Source: Paraspadella gotoi (Eukaryota > Animalia > Chaetognatha). From it: a stretch of DNA of 64,000 nucleotides. Both the position numbers and the translations under genes were made by a program. This document shows positions 1 through 14,121 of the stretch, piece after piece; positions within the stretch are counted from its first letter, which is position 1; every line of letters starts with the position of its first letter. Under the pieces are notes generated by a model, which saw only the letters and a program-made list of their open reading frames with translations, was not told where the DNA came from and did not search any database. The stretch is taken from contig CM119270.1 in assembly GCA_051294375.1 (NCBI GenBank), positions 14,730,046-14,794,045 of the forward strand. Direction: 5' to 3'.

Positions 1-175
1 TTATCACAATTTTAAATGATTTGATAATAAATTCAGACAAAGAATACAATTGTTCTTAGAAAGTGTTCGCTTTAAAAAAATTGACGACGCTTTTAAAAAT
101 GATCTTGTATACGACCACTGGATGTGGATGGGGTGTTCAAGAGGCCACTTTATCAAAGGATTGTAATCGAGAAGG

Positions 176-284
<109 letters not shown>

Positions 285-1728
285 CTACGCATAAAAGTAT
301 TCGGAAAATCGGAGCATAATCCGGAGACCGACCATGATTCCCCTTTATATCCTATACTCTTACGCTAAGAAGCTTCAACTTCCGTGGGGGCGACGCTCGC
401 GGGAGTGGGGGGGGGCAGAGGTTGTCAGGGGGAGACAGGGGAAACGAAGAGGGGGCGCGTCTCGCCAGATGTGCGGCTGCCGGGAAAAATGACGCAAACC
501 ACACACAAAAAAAAAAAAATCTCTCCGGAAAATATTTTGAAAATTTTCTTTTCATCCACCAAGCGGACAAGGAATGTTTCTGTGTGTCTGTCTTGATTTC
601 TCTTTCTCTCTCTCTATCTTTTTATCTCTTTCTCTCTCTTTTTATATTTTCCTCTGTATTCTTATTTATTTATTTATTTATTTATACTCTTCTTTTCTCT
701 CGGCGTCTGTTTCCCTTTACGCAGTCTTAAGATACGAAAAAAGTCGGTGATCAATTGACACTAATAGGTGTCACCTTCTGACCAAGGAAATTTCTGTTCT
801 TTCATTTTATCTCCCTCTCTATTTCTGTGTCTCTCTCTCTCTCTGACCGAAGAGAGATCATCAAGGCTTGGAATTGTCACTTTTGCGACCGACAGATTCA
901 TTCCTCTTTCGTTTGTTCGATCATTTTTTTATTTTACTTTTTTTTTCGATTGTTTCTGAAATTTCTTTACTCACTTTGCTGAAATTTTTTTAAACGGAGA
1001 AAAACCACAAGAACCACACGACATTTTTTTACAATATTAAATTGAGATACCATTTCGTTGACGAGCGGTAGACTTATAAAAAAAANNNNNNNNNNNNNNN
1101 NNNNNNNNNNNNNNNNNNNNNNNNNNNNNNNNNNNNNNNNNNNNNNNNNNNNNNNNNNNNNNNNNNNNNNNNNNNNNNNNNNNNNNNNNNNNNNNNNNNN
1201 NNNNNNNNNNNNNNNNNNNNNNNNNNNNNNNNNNNNNNNNNNNNNNNNNNNNNNNNNNNNNNNNNNNAAATTGCTTTCGCTGTTTATGTCGAACTGGTTT
1301 CGACCTATTTTCTCCAAGTTCTTTATTTCTAATCAGACGCCTCTCCCGCCAATTAAGACAAGCAGCTGATTCCAAAGAGACCATAAAATGAGCTCTGGTC
1401 GACAGAGCGAATTCAGAAACGGAGATTTTTGTCGAAGTACAAATTTAAAAGAGAAGGAAGTTTGCGAATAATAATAATAATAATAATCTAAGATGCTCGT
1501 TATTTGAGACTGCATGTGTGATTTTTAGTTTGCAGTGCTTTGGGGAACTGATGGTTGGTGTAAAAATTTTATGATTATTTTTTTTTCTTTACTGAATGTG
1601 ACAGTTAGCCTAATAATAATTTTCTTGTACAATGTGATTTATTCCTGTCTTTTATTGACTAATGTTTGCCACGGAAAATTCTCCCGGAATCTATTAACTT
1701 ACCCGTTATTTCTTTCTTCCGTAACCAG

Positions 1729-3993
1729 GCTTGGCAGGAAGTAGAGAACTTCCTCTACGGCGTCGTCGTCGACGGCGCTATCTCTCCGTTCGCCGGCGAC
1801 GCCGCCCCGGCAGCCGGCGCCGTCGCCGCCCCCAGCAGCCCCGACTCAACATCGGGCTCCAACGCGTCATCTTCGACGCCGTCGTCTTCACCCTCGGGAG
1901 CCGGTGGCGCCACCTTGGACGGTGTGGGCGCCGCGATGGAGGGCACCGTCGTCGGTAGCGCCGCTTCGAACAACGCCGCTCGTCTGCTGCCTCATCAGCC
2001 GAACTCGACCGACACTGAGAACATCATCAACGAGATCCTTGATCTCGACTTCATGCTGAACGACGATCAGCAACAGCAACAGCTGCAGCAGCTGCATCAA
2101 GCGGTCGCCCAACAGCCGCAGCATGACCTGTCGCAGCAGGAGACGCTTTTTCCGCTGTCAATGATGCTGCCACCGGCGCCGGCCCTGGACGCCGGCGTCG
2201 TCGTCGCCGGAGTCAAGAGGGAATCCGTGGCGCCGTTCTCGATGGAAGAAGAGGACGCGGCGTCGAAGGGCGCCTCTCCGGCCAAACGAGAGGCGCTTCT
2301 GCCGGATTTCCGGTCCGCTTTCGATCACAAAACCTCCTCTTCCTCATTCTCTTCATTCTCCTCTTCCTCTTTCTCCTCCCCCTTTTCTCCCTTCTCCTCC
2401 TCCTCTTCCTCCTCCGAGTTTCGACGCCTCGATTCCACGACGGAATCGACGACCGAATTTAAAATCGACGCCGCTTTCGTCGCCGACGCCGCGGCGACCT
2501 CGCTGATGTCCCCGACGCCGACGACGGCAAGCGCCGGCGCAAAGGACGTTCTCCTCGGTTTTTCCGGCGCCGAGACGATGAGTTTCGACTCTGGAGCGTT
2601 GTTCGCCGCGCCGCCGCCGCCGCCGCCGCACTCCATCGCGTCGTCAACGGCAACAACAACGACGCCCGCTGCTATAAACAAAGACTCGGACGAAAAGAAA
2701 CCCGAAGATCCTCTGCAGCAACTTCCAGAGCAGCAACACCAGCAACGGCAGCAGAAACTTTGCTCGGTCGTCAATCCTTTTGGCGACATGAAGCCGCCGC
2801 AATTTGTTCCACGTGATTCCTTCAGCGCATCCGGCGGCGGCGTCGTCGGCTGCGGCGCCAACGGGGAAAGCTTTCCCGTTTCCATGACAACGACCACGTC
2901 TCTGACCTCTTTTCAACAACTAGGTCCCGCTTCTTCCTACGGCGCAGCGACGAAGCAGCAATCGGCGCTGCAGCACCGACCTCAGCAGCAACAGCAACTG
3001 TCACCGCCCGCTTCTCCAGCGCAGGAGAATCTGTACAAACTCAACGGCGTCGCTTATTCCGTCGCCGGTCGCCTCCCTTCCTTACAGGGTCGATACCAAA
3101 CCTTCGGAGGCATGCAGCAGCAGCAAAGGCATCAGCTGCAGCTGCAACAGCATCAGCAACAAATGAGTCCGACCTCCATCCATTGTCCGACGCGGACGCC
3201 GCAAAACCTCTCGGGGCTTCGTCCGTCTCAGATGATTCCAGTTTCCGCAGCAAACAGTCAGCAACAGCAACAGCAAATTCAGCAGCTTCCCTCCTCTTCT
3301 TCATCCACCTCTTCCGCCTCGGCCTTGTCTCCCCACGCGGCCCTTCTGAACTTTGTCCACTCCACCGGTGGTCACGTGGTCAACGGCCGCGTTCAACATC
3401 AGCACTCTCAACAACTTCGTCATCCCCAGCAACAGCAGCAACATCCCCTTCACCATCGACACCTCGAAAACTCTCATCATCTGCCTCATCATCTCCATTC
3501 ACTCCATCCCCATCATCATCACCACCCCCACCACCCCTTGATGACTCCCCCCTCCTCCCCTCAACTCTCTGATCTCCTTCTGCCCATCGGGGTCGGCGTC
3601 CCGCCCGGAGGGGCCGCCGGCGCCCCTGGCGCCGCTACCCTGCTGCCCTTCGCTGCCGGCGATGGCTCCGCCGCGTCGGGCGCAGCGGCGCCGAAAAAGC
3701 GCGGACGAAGAACTTGGGGTCGGAAGCGGTCGACCACCCACACTTGCTCCCACCCGGGGTGCGCCAAGACCTACACCAAGTCCTCGCACCTCAAGGCGCA
3801 CCTCCGCACCCACACCGGCGAGAAACCTTACCACTGCAACTGGAAAGGCTGCGGCTGGAAATTTGCTCGTTCCGACGAACTCACTCGTCACTACAGAAAG
3901 CACACGGGCGACAGGCCGTTCCAGTGTCACCTGTGCGAGAGGGCCTTCTCCCGAAGCGACCATCTCAGTCTGCACATGAAGAGACACATTTGA
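1729..3993 (+). CDS. KLF1/2/4-like: Krueppel-like factor, KLF1/2/4 clade; large terminal coding exon (start codon in an unresolved upstream exon)
   Basis: Three C2H2 fingers ([31 protein letters not shown]...[14 protein letters not shown]...[13 protein letters not shown]) preceded by basic [12 protein letters not shown], as in KLF2/4. N-terminal EILDLDFML resembles KLF4 DLLDLDFIL; TPPSSP motif; polyQ/S/H tracts. Pyrimidine tract plus cag ending 1728 gives an in-frame phase-0 acceptor. Confidence 0.95.
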   Translation, partial: AWQEVENFLYGVVVDGAISPFAGDAAPAAGAVAAPSSPDSTSGSNASSSTPSSSPSGAGGATLDGVGAAMEGTVVGSAASNNAARLLPHQPNSTDTENIINEILDLDFMLNDDQQQQQLQQLHQAVAQQPQHDLSQQETLFPLSMMLPPAPALDAGVVVAGVKRESVAPFSMEEEDAASKGASPAKREALLPDFRSAFDHKTSSSSFSSFSSSSFSSPFSPFSSSSSSSEFRRLDSTTESTTEFKIDAAFVADAAATSLMSPTPTTASAGAKDVLLGFSGAETMSFDSGALFAAPPPPPPHSIASSTATTTTPAAINKDSDEKKPEDPLQQLPEQQHQQRQQKLCSVVNPFGDMKPPQFVPRDSFSASGGGVVGCGANGESFPVSMTTTTSLTSFQQLGPASSYGAATKQQSALQHRPQQQQQLSPPASPAQENLYKLNGVAYSVAGRLPSLQGRYQTFGGMQQQQRHQLQLQQHQQQMSPTSIHCPTRTPQNLSGLRPSQMIPVSAANSQQQQQQIQQLPSSSSSTSSASALSPHAALLNFVHSTGGHVVNGRVQHQHSQQLRHPQQQQQHPLHHRHLENSHHLPHHLHSLHPHHHHHPHHPLMTPPSSPQLSDLLLPIGVGVPPGGAAGAPGAATLLPFAAGDGSAASGAAAPKKRGRRTWGRKRSTTHTCSHPGCAKTYTKSSHLKAHLRTHTGEKPYHCNWKGCGWKFARSDELTRHYRKHTGDRPFQCHLCERAFSRSDHLSLHMKRHI

Positions 3994-4665
3994 AAGGAGT
4001 GTGGGGTCGAGTGTGGATAAAGAAGTGTGGGCAGAGAAGTGTGGGCAGGATTAGGAAGAGGGAATGGGAAGGTCGTGGGTGAGGAAATCAAATTTTTTTA
4101 TTGTGGTTCGATATGTTTAAGGTTTCGGGATGGAGGAAAGACTACAGTGGTGTTCGTTTATAACCTATCTTTAAACAGTTTTTACTGTCTCGATGAAAAA
4201 AAAACCGCCGAGTGCCAATCGCGACTTTGCGAATCCTCGTTCAGTACAGAAAATAACATTGGGGATACTACTATTTTTCGTATTTTCGCGTTACTTACAT
4301 TGTATGTTATTATTGAATTGCTCCGCCATTAATAACCTTTTCATGTGCCTTAAAACAAAATTTGTTATAAAAAATGCAAATTTATCATATTTTTTTTTTC
4401 GAATATAATTACATGGTCCTGCGTATATGCTTTATTCTCGTGGTTTTTATTTGGTTGCTACTAAAAAGACAGAGAAAGTGGTTGCAAAACATGAAATAAA
4501 GAAAGACAAATGCGAATATTCCTCTGGACAAAAGCGAACTCCTTTAGAGTCAAATAAAAGTCTCATTAGGAGGCGCAGTTAAGGATCAAAACGACAAAAA
4601 TGGTTAAAAAATAAAAAATAAAAATCCTCCGAATGTCTGGTTGAAACTTGAAAGTTATTCGAAGC

Positions 4666-4763
<98 letters not shown>

Positions 4764-6852
4764 CAGCTCGTATAAATATTAAAGTAATTTTCTCACTTCG
4801 TGCTAGCTGCATAAATCACGTAAAAACATTATCTACTTTCAAAACAATTCAACTTGAGAACCTTTTGTTTTTTTCAACCGGGAATGTTGTTGATGAAATT
4901 AGTTGGTAGAGGACAGCAAATTGTAAAATTAGAAATAAACAAAAGTACAAAAAACTTCAAACCAGCGGCACTCAACTGCATAATTACTCAATTACATAAA
5001 TAAGATAATATATTTTGGTCTTGGTTATTTGGTTTGCGACCTGTTTAACGTATATAGGTTAAAATAAACAAAAATTTATCCTATTTATTCCACTTAGTTA
5101 ACATTTTAAGTATTTCGATCGATTTACGCTCACCGGAACCGAACCCGCGACGTTAAAGTCATCGTCGTCGTTGTCGTCGTCGTTGTCGTCGTCGCAGAAA
5201 TCCCTCGTCGGGACTTAATTCGCGCCTGAACCTTTTTTCTTCGCATGAATAATGAAGAAGATTTTTACGATTCCAAAGAAATCTCACCAGATGTCGCCTT
5301 CTTTGTTGTTGTAGTTGTCGTCGTCGTTGCTGCTGCAGTTGTATGGAAGAAAAACTTACTTAACTTATTTCATTACGTCTGTCGTTGAATATCTAAATAT
5401 GGTCCCTAACAACAAATACCCGATGATAATAAATTTAAAGACGAATTTTAACACAACGGTAATACAAGTTAAATTGAATAAACTCGAAAAAAAAATCACT
5501 GAAGGAAAAAAGTTAGGTCTTAGGATCACTCGTGACTTCTGAGTTCGTGGGCGGAGAAAAAAAAATTCTTAGATGCTGATAAAATTCCCTCGAGGACGAA
5601 AGGAGAAGAAAAACGAGACCCAGAAGAAGAAGAAGGAGGAGAAGAAGAAGTAGAAGGAGAAGAAGAAGAAGAAAGAAAGAAAATACTGATCTGGATGAAG
5701 GGGAAAAAAACGCATATTTGCTTGTTCACCAAAATATTATTCTCAATTTGTTGGGAGATTTTGTTATAAATCACTATTTAAATTTAAATAAATTATGAGA
5801 TGAGAATAGCAGAGAAAAAAAATCAATGAAGCTGAAAGTGAAAATTGAAAGTAATATATAATAAAGAAAAAAAAAGGATAAAAAGATTTTCCCCATATTA
5901 GAAAGAGAGATGATACGAAAAACAGAAGAGGTAAGTCAGGCGAATTAGAAGGTGAGAAAAAAAAATATGTTCGTAAAAAGGAGGAACAGGAGGAGAATGA
6001 AAGAAAAACGAGAAAAGAATTGAAAGAAAGAAAGTGAAAAAAAGAAAATACCAGTAGATAAACGCGAGGAGTGACAGTCGAAAAAAAATGGCTGCCTTGT
6101 TTGGCAAAAAAAAACATTTTTTTAATGCTTCTGCACTTTTTAAATATTTGAACATTTGATGTTTTGTGGGGAATGACGTCGGAGATGTCAAGAAATAAAT
6201 CAGAAAATAATTAACTACAAGGATGAGCTTATTTATTTTACTAAAAGATTAAGTTCTGTATTATTTTTTTATTAAATCGTTATTTATTTTAACCTTTGTT
6301 CAACATTTTTAAATATTATAAAATTATATATTTTTACCATTTAAATTCAGATAATTAAAAAAAATATACTTTACCACGATGCAATTTAAGACGAGACGCA
6401 TCCGGTTCGCTTTTTCTCTTTTTCTTTCGTTTCGCGAATCCGCGAGGTTTTGGGGTCAATCAGATTCAACTCACGCAAAAGACGGGGAAGAAAAAAAAAT
6501 GCGATATCGGGGCCTCGTTAAAAAAGCTTACGTTGTTGTTCCTCCTTTTTTTTCCGGTCGACTTTGTTTTCTCGATTGATTTTATCGTATTATTATTGAC
6601 ATTTTTGCAATTTACAAAATTCTTTCTCACGAACTTCACTTTATATTGTACTTATCTGCTTAAACTCGAATATTCTCATTCTTTATCAATTAATTATAAA
6701 TTTCGGAAGTTGTTGTTCTAATTTCATATTATCGACATCACCATGTATTAATATCATTATCAGCAAACTCTCTCTCTCTCTCTCTCTGAACAAGATATCT
6801 TGCACAAAACCAAAACTCTCTCCCTCATTTTCAAACAAAAGACGTTCTTCTC

Positions 6853-7269
6853 TCAAGGCGCTAAACAAGCGGTTATCCCTTGATCAGTATAATTGTGGCA
6901 GACGAGTCCCGGGCAGCAAGGATGCTTCTCGTGGCAATATTGGCGGCATCCCGAGCAGGCGTGTTTTTTGGAGAAGTCGAGAGGGGCCCAACAAAAACCG
7001 GAATCGCAATTGAGTCCCGCACAGCATTCTCCTGGGGAATTGCACCGATAGCCACATTTCTTGCAAGGCGTGTCCGCTTCAGTAAGGTTGGCGGTGGCGC
7101 TGCTGTCGTTATTCGCGACGGCCTAATCGTGAAACGCAACCCAAGTCGACGATGCGATTTCACCCAACAAAATGTGAAACGTAATTCTCGAAAACAAATT
7201 GACCTGATTTTCCAGATTCCTTGAGACGACGAAAGTCGCGATCGAGATTATCAGCAATAAAATCTTCAT
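6853..7269 (-). CDS. Secreted double-knottin (ICK-like) cysteine-rich peptide, 111 aa; exons 7269-7204 and 7122-6853
   Basis: Manual translation: MKILLLIISIATFVVSRNLENQ|AVANNDSSATANLTEADTP-CKKCGYRCNSPGECCAGLNCDSGFC-WAPLDFSKKHA-CSGCRQYCHEKHPCCPGLVCHNYTDQGITAC-LAP*. Hydrophobic signal peptide, 81-nt gt..ag intron (phase 0), two repeats of C-x2-C-x3-C-x5-CC-x4-C-xn-C. Confidence 0.85.
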
Positions 7270-7516
7270 TTTCGTTGCGAATAAAAAAAAGGAGCCAAAA
7301 AAAAAAAAATACAAATAATCGTCTGACTAATTCTGTATCGCGATTGATGAATCCTACGCGTTTAAAGTAAGTATCGAATATAAATCAATGTTTATTCGAA
7401 TCGAGAAACGTCTTTGAAATAGGTCATTTGCGCTTGGCTGTCAAAATAACTATATCAACCTTAAGCTCCGCTCTCTCTCTCTCTCTCTCTCTCTCTTCTT
7501 CTCTCCTCTCTCTCTC

Positions 7517-7564
<48 letters not shown>

Positions 7565-9105
7565 TTCTCTCTCTTAATATCTACTTCGTCGCGAGGCGAC
7601 GACACGATCACCTCCTACTTTTTACGCTTCTAACTTCTCCACCTTTCGGCCTTTCTCTCTCCTCCTCCTCCTCCTCTCCTCCTCCACCTCCTCCTCCTCT
7701 TCCCCCCCGACCGAATCCCGAATCCAATCATCGAACGTCTTCTTCCATCGCCGCTGGGATTTCAACCTCGTCCACCGCATCTTCTCTTAATGGCCTGGAA
7801 GTGGAACAGTGGACGACATGGCGGAATGGCATGGGGGGCATGGTCGAATGGAATAAAGGGGGCATGGTTGAATAAAAGGACACGGTGAGGTCGAAGAGGA
7901 AGATGAAGAGAAGAAGTGAAAGAGGCATGGCTGGAATGGAAGAAGCAGGGCTGGAATGGAAGTATGTAAATGTAATGTAATGAATGTAAATCACCAGTAA
8001 GAAGAAGTACGACTGTATGTCGTAGTAATTATTGCGGCGTTATCATGGGGAATGGAAAGCAAGGCGCAGATGGGTTAGTCTTGCGCAAACGAAAAGATAA
8101 ATACAAGGGGAAAACAAATTATTAGATGAGCATAACATAAAATGTTTTTTTTCAGGTGTGAAGTTTGATGGAAACGGTTAAATTCATGATTAACCGATAG
8201 TCGATGTTCGAAGCTCGGAAAATCATGAGGTAACACCCGTTGATTAAGTACTACTTAATAAGTAGGCAATAAAATTTCCTTTTATTTTGAATTCATTTCA
8301 TTTTTTTTTTCTCATATGATTTTAGTTCGCCATTGCCAGGACAGATAATCTAGTAAAATACGATGAAACTTTCACATTTTAATATAAACAAGTTAAGTCC
8401 TAATTTCGCTTGGAATTGTGACCAGCGGATAATTTTTATAATAGAATGAAATCTAACAAAAATGGCACAAAGATAGTAAGCTACTAAAACTAAAGATTTG
8501 TTTTTTGGGAAATGTATTGACTAATGTACAGGCAATAGTAAAAATGTAAAAAAGATAATTTTTTTTTCTTTCCAAAGGTACACAAACCTTTCAGTGCGAG
8601 GATTACTTAATAATTGTGTTCAGAGATCGGATGGAATCATAGATTAACAATCGCCGACTTGGAATGACGTTTGTGAATGAGCGATAAGATTCGCTTTCGT
8701 TAATGACGCGGAGATCAAAGGAAATTGAGAAGGGAAGAAGGGGAAAGATGAAGGAAAGGAGAGGGGCAAAAAAGGAAGGAAATTGAGAAGGGAAGGAAAG
8801 GAAAGATGAAGGGAAGAAGAGGGGGCAAAAAAGGAAGGAAATTGAGAGGGGAAGGAAGGATGAGTTAAGAGGGTAAGCAAGTAGGTAGGGATTTATTCAG
8901 TAAGGGGGAAGGGTGGAAATGTGAATGGAAAAGAAAGGAAAAGAAGAGAAGAAAAGAAAAGAAAAAAAAAGAAAAGAAAAGAGAAAAGAAGGAGTATCGA
9001 GCGAAAAATCGTCCTGCGGACTAATTAATATAACGGCCTCACAAATTCTTGGTTGTCATTTGCTCCCGGCTTCATTGTTCTCGCACTCAATTTCAATCGT
9101 TTCGT

Positions 9106-9151
<46 letters not shown>

Positions 9152-9849
9152 TCTCTCTCTTCTCTCTCTCTCTCTCTCTTTCTCTTTGAAAGTCGTCGCC
9201 TTCTTCGTCCTCCTTTCATCTTCCACCGTCTCTTAATTAGAATGTCATTTCCAAGAAAAGCTTTTCAATCAGGAGTTGGCGCTCGGGACTTCGAGAGCTT
9301 GGGAGAAAAAAGAAAGAGAAAAATGTAAAAAAAAGAAAGAAAAAAGAAAGAAAGCTGATTTATCCCTTTCCTTTCTTCGTTGAAATTTTCTTCTTTTTTT
9401 TTTAATCGTGTAATTTAATCTTTAAACTTCTTCAAAATTGAGTTTATTTTTGTTCGCTTCTCAGTTTTCTGCTAAATTTCAACGAATTAAATTTTCCAGC
9501 TCAACTTTTTCTTCATTACTTCGCCCCAAATGACAAAAGTTATATTAGGAACAAAAATTGTTGGTTCTTAACATGAAATTAGCATCTGCCTCCTTATTAT
9601 GCACAGGCTATGGTAGATACTTACAAAATTATTTCATAGCTACATTATGCTAGTGTTCTATCAAGACCTTCTTACATTCAACTGTATTAACTCCCACATT
9701 ACTTGGCTTCTTTATAAATGAGGTAGTAAGAGTAATAATCTCTCAACTGTTTTAATAAGATAAACGAAAAGGAAACTTAAAGTTCATATTGGGGATTAAA
9801 AGCTTGCAGAAACCTGTTATGTTATTATCTTGCAAGTGTGATGGAGGCC

Positions 9850-9936
9850 TTAAACCACCAAAGCCTGTCCAAAGTCAGGGACAAGATAGCTTATTTATTA
9901 AATGGATGGATAATTTTTATATTGGTTGTACCAATT
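9850..9936 (+). repeat. ~85-bp dispersed repeat; inverted copy at ~19828-19913
   Basis: aaaccaccaaagcctgtccaaagtcagggacaagatagcttatttattaaatg...ccaatt is the near reverse complement of aattggtataacc...caagctatcttgcccctgactttggacaggctttggtggttt. Confidence 0.85.
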
Positions 9937-10619
9937 TCATCGCATAAAATACGGGAAGCCTGATATTATGAAATTAATTCTAACAAAGAAAAATTAAACA
10001 TTCTTATTACGTTATCGTTTCGTCGTTTCTTTCATATTTTTCACATCATCGGTTTTCCTCTCGCTTTCTTAGTTGCTTCGCGAGTACTCGGGGTAAGTCA
10101 CTTTTCTGAAAATCCTAAAACTAAGACGGAATTTCGATGCCGTGCATGTCATAAATACAAGAGTTAAGATGGTTTTTTAGTCATGTCATGCCACGTAATC
10201 TCATGCACATGAAAATAAAGTCACGGCGGAGCAACACATTGGAATCACCGTTCTTGTTTATTAGTTATCCACTTTCCTTTCCTCCTTTTTTCGCTCTTCT
10301 TTCCATCTTCAGACGATAATTAATCACTCCCACTTTTTTTTTCGTCAATGCCTTTCTCGCGAAAATCCGACTTCAGGCGAAAAAAAAAAAAGCTTTTTTT
10401 TTCTGCTCCTCGTTTTCCGCTCAACAAGAAGGAAGTTTGGGGAAAAAAAAGTCGAGCGAGTTCTTTTTTCGAGCCGAGGAAGCATTGAGCAGAATCTTAG
10501 TTTAACGTGAGAAAATGTTTTGAGCGCAGAAAAAAACCTGTGAGAAACCTGTATCACGAATTCATAAAATGACTCAATGCAATCGTAGTCGGGCATTGCA
10601 ACGCATGCACCCCGCATAT

Positions 10620-10775
10620 GAGATGGGTCATTGACTAATACCATCAGCTCATGACCTTTAGGTACCGGTATCAATCCCGAATGGAACTCACCCTGCGGGT
10701 CGAGTGAAAACTACCCTGGGGGCCTAGAAAATCCTACATCCTGGATCCTGTGACCCGTTCAATCGCTGTTAGTGC
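10620..10775 (+). mobile_element. Diverged, possibly tRNA-derived SINE-like repeat; related copy at ~46230-46365
   Basis: ttgactaataccatcagctcatgacctttaggtaccggtatcaatcc aligns with ttgagtaacaccataactcatgaccataaggtacctgtatcgattc; both are followed by acccgttc-atcgctg-like tails; degenerate A/B-box-like spacing. Confidence 0.5.
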
Positions 10776-11989
10776 GAGTGTCGCGGTTTTGAAAAGTCGG
10801 TTAATTTCATTGTCAAATATATTTTTTGGCCGGAAAATATATTTTAATATGTAATATAACTTCCCTAGGACTGAATGAAAAGATTATTTCTTAAGGGCAG
10901 ACAATTATTTAATACAAATACTTCCAAAAGAGGTTGTTTCCAACTTTTTTCACCTCTTTTTGATCAAGTTAAATTATTATTATTAGTCAAATTATTATTA
11001 ATATTATATGTCTGACATGACATTTTTTATCAGATTTAGGGCAAAAAGTAATAAAAAGAACCGGGAATTAGTCAAAAAAAGTGTAGATATGAAAAATATA
11101 AAAGAGAAAGAAACATTTTTTTGATAATTCATTTTATTTTGCATGGAACTCTTGTATGAATCACAAGAGGCCAAAGTTTCTCGAGATATATATATATACC
11201 TAAATTTGATTTTTCGATTTTTACATTAAAATACCGAAAAAAACCTGGAAAGTAACCGCGACTATTTTTTTTTCATCATGGTAGTACACACATTCCTTGA
11301 ATTCATTTATTTAAATGCTTTCCTCTCGAGGTCGCCATAATTATTTTTTCCGCCGACAACGACGACGCCCATTATACGCCTTGAATCTCCCCCGTAAATC
11401 TTCCATTGCCTTTCTCGGTGCCCTTCATTGCGCATTGCCAGGTTTTCTAGCCAGACGTCAGAAATGATTCTATTTTATCTTTCGTGCCAATTTCTTTTCG
11501 GCTTTTTTTTTTTTTTGCTTTCGCTATGGTTAATCGCTGAGTTCCAGGGTTTCGAACCTTTAGTTTCTAGACGTTTGAAATCCGAAATAATTGGCGATTG
11601 ACTTCGAGGTTGATTTTCACCCGGAATCTCTGTCCATCGTCTTTCATCGGCGCCGGAAACCCGGAGTCTCTCTTCGGCGGTCTCACTTCACGCTGTGTCT
11701 TTACGAAAGCTTATTAGGGGTCTAATCTTTCACGAGAAACGAGTCGGCGCCTTCTCTTCTCTCCTTCTCTTTTCTCCTTTTCTTCTCTCCTTCTCTTCTC
11801 TCCTTCTCTTCTCTCCTTCTCTTTTCTCCTTCTCTTCTCTCCTTCTTTTCTCTCCTTCTCTCTCTCGTTCTTTTCTCTCCTTCTCTTCTCTCCTTCTTAT
11901 CTTTCTCCTCTCTAGTCAAATTTTTCTTCGTTCTCTTTTAAATCTACTCTTATCGATCTCTTCTTCTTTTCTAGTAAAAGCCTTCGCCC

Positions 11990-12430
11990 TGATTGGTCAT
12001 TGATATCGCAACTCCATCACCGATTGGTTATCGATGGGTGATTAGGCAATCAGGGGTCAAATTATGAATCAATCTTTTTTTATATTTTCTTTCTAAATTT
12101 TCTAAATTTATAGAAATCTACAGAGGGTTATTTTATCTTTTTCCTTCCTAGGTATTACTAATTAAATATCCAAATTTTATTTTAGCAATTGATCCTTATA
12201 TCTTAAAAAAATTGGGGATTTCAAGGTGTTTTTATAATTAGAATTGTGTATATCCTATTATAAACTAAAGCGTTTAAATATTTTGCCATTCAAGGCGCCC
12301 CTGAGCTTTTTTTTCCTTTTCGACTTCTCTCTGATTGGCTAAATCTCCCGGCGAAGCTTGGTTTCCAAATGTCCTCTCCTATCTGATGACGTGAGTACAT
12401 CGAACACTCACGCGACGCCCGATTGGCAGA
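11990..12430 (+). promoter_or_regulatory. Candidate promoter: four ATTGG (inverted CCAAT) boxes plus a CRE-like TGACGTGA, upstream of the mGluR-like gene
   Basis: ATTGG at ~11992, 12023, 12334 and 12422; TGACGTGA at 12387; followed by a GC-rich, (GA)n-containing segment. The ATG-containing mGluR exon has an acceptor at 18033, so an upstream 5' exon is required. Confidence 0.35.
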
Positions 12431-12684
12431 GCAGGGCAGGCGCTCGCGCGCGCGTCTCTCTCTACCGGAAACGGGAAGGCGAGAGAGAGAGAGAGCCGTC
12501 TCTCTCGCGCGACGCGAGGAAAACTTGAGGCGCCTTCCTAGGACGACGACGACGACGACGATGATGAGGACGAAGAAGACGACAACGACGACGAACACGC
12601 CGGGGGACGATAGAAATCGAGACCTATTCTCCGCGACGACAACGACGACGATGCTGACATCACTAGATGACGACGAGAATAACA

Positions 12685-12719
<35 letters not shown>

Positions 12720-13115
12720 GCCATCGGTGGACGTTATACGTCACCATCGCCGGATGCCAGAGAGGAAGGAATTCCGAGGATTTGCCAAGAAACGACAATA
12801 ACGGAGAAGAAAAAAAAAAGAGAGGCGATTTTAAAAGAGAGGAAGTAAAAGAAGATAAAAAAATAACTTACCTTCTGGATTTGAAGAAAATACTCGATTT
12901 TAAATCAACGACAAAAAAAGAAGACTAAATTTGGATACAAAACCGAGGTTTTTTTTTTTCACTCTCTTTTATATTTTCAATATTTACATTTAATACATTT
13001 AATTAACACAAAAAAAATGATAAATTTGACAAAAGAATTCGCGGAAAATCGATATAAATTTTGGATTTAAACTAATTCTTTTTCGATCTTATCGGAAATC
13101 GATGATAAAAAAGAA

Positions 13116-13159
<44 letters not shown>

Positions 13160-13891
13160 ATTTTTTGAGAAATTTGATTTTTCCAGAGTTTTGTCCTTAA
13201 ATTATTTTTCGTTTTAAACGAAGTTAGTTTTAATTTCATTTGAATTTGAATCTTGACGGACAATTCTTGATTGAAGTTTGACTTCCGAATTTTTCTATGG
13301 TCAGTTGGTGGGTGTTATGTTCGACAAATTCATACTTTTTAAACGACAAATGGCCCTTGCTATAGTAGGCTGTAAGTGACTTTAATTCAACAGTAAAGTG
13401 GGAACAACAAACATGCTGATTGATTGACCGACTGATCAAGATACGAGTGCTGAAAGTGAATATCCCAACCGTATTTAGAACTGTGATCCGGAAACGATAT
13501 GAATATCATACTGCATCTCACACGACTTGAAAGTTGGGAGCCCAACCCAACCCTTCGAAAACGAAGGTCGAGTTTGCTACATCATAGCAGATCACAAGAT
13601 GAGGCACTCTTACATTAATTAATCATACATTAATTAATTAATACATTAATTAATCATACGATCAAATTTCGATAGCAATCACAAAGACCTAGTGAAAAAT
13701 TGACGTGGTCATAGCTAACATTGTCAACAATGACAAGCACGACGAACATTGTCATCGCCAAACGATCGACCAAACGACAAAAGAGTTCCGGTCGTTCGCA
13801 TGGAGTCGATTGCGTCGTCGTCCATAGAATGCGTGACAGTGACGAGTTTTTAATATCAGCCTTTCTTTTCTTTCTTTCTTTTTTCTTTCTG

Positions 13892-13942
<51 letters not shown>

Positions 13943-14018
13943 GTCTTTCTTTCTTTCTTTCTTTCTATCTTTTTTTTTCTACCGTATTCAATATTCATTT
14001 ATATTTTTTTAAATTAAT

Positions 14019-14121
<103 letters not shown>

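Noticed and set aside
1388-1471. Short ATG ORF as KLF exon 1
   Set aside because: Only a weak possible donor and no recognisable KLF motif; the nearby gap may hide the true exon.
6873-7224. Track ORFs overlapping the knottin locus (6873-7163, 6880-7224, 6884-7066)
   Set aside because: Alternative or antisense frames of the cysteine-rich exon.
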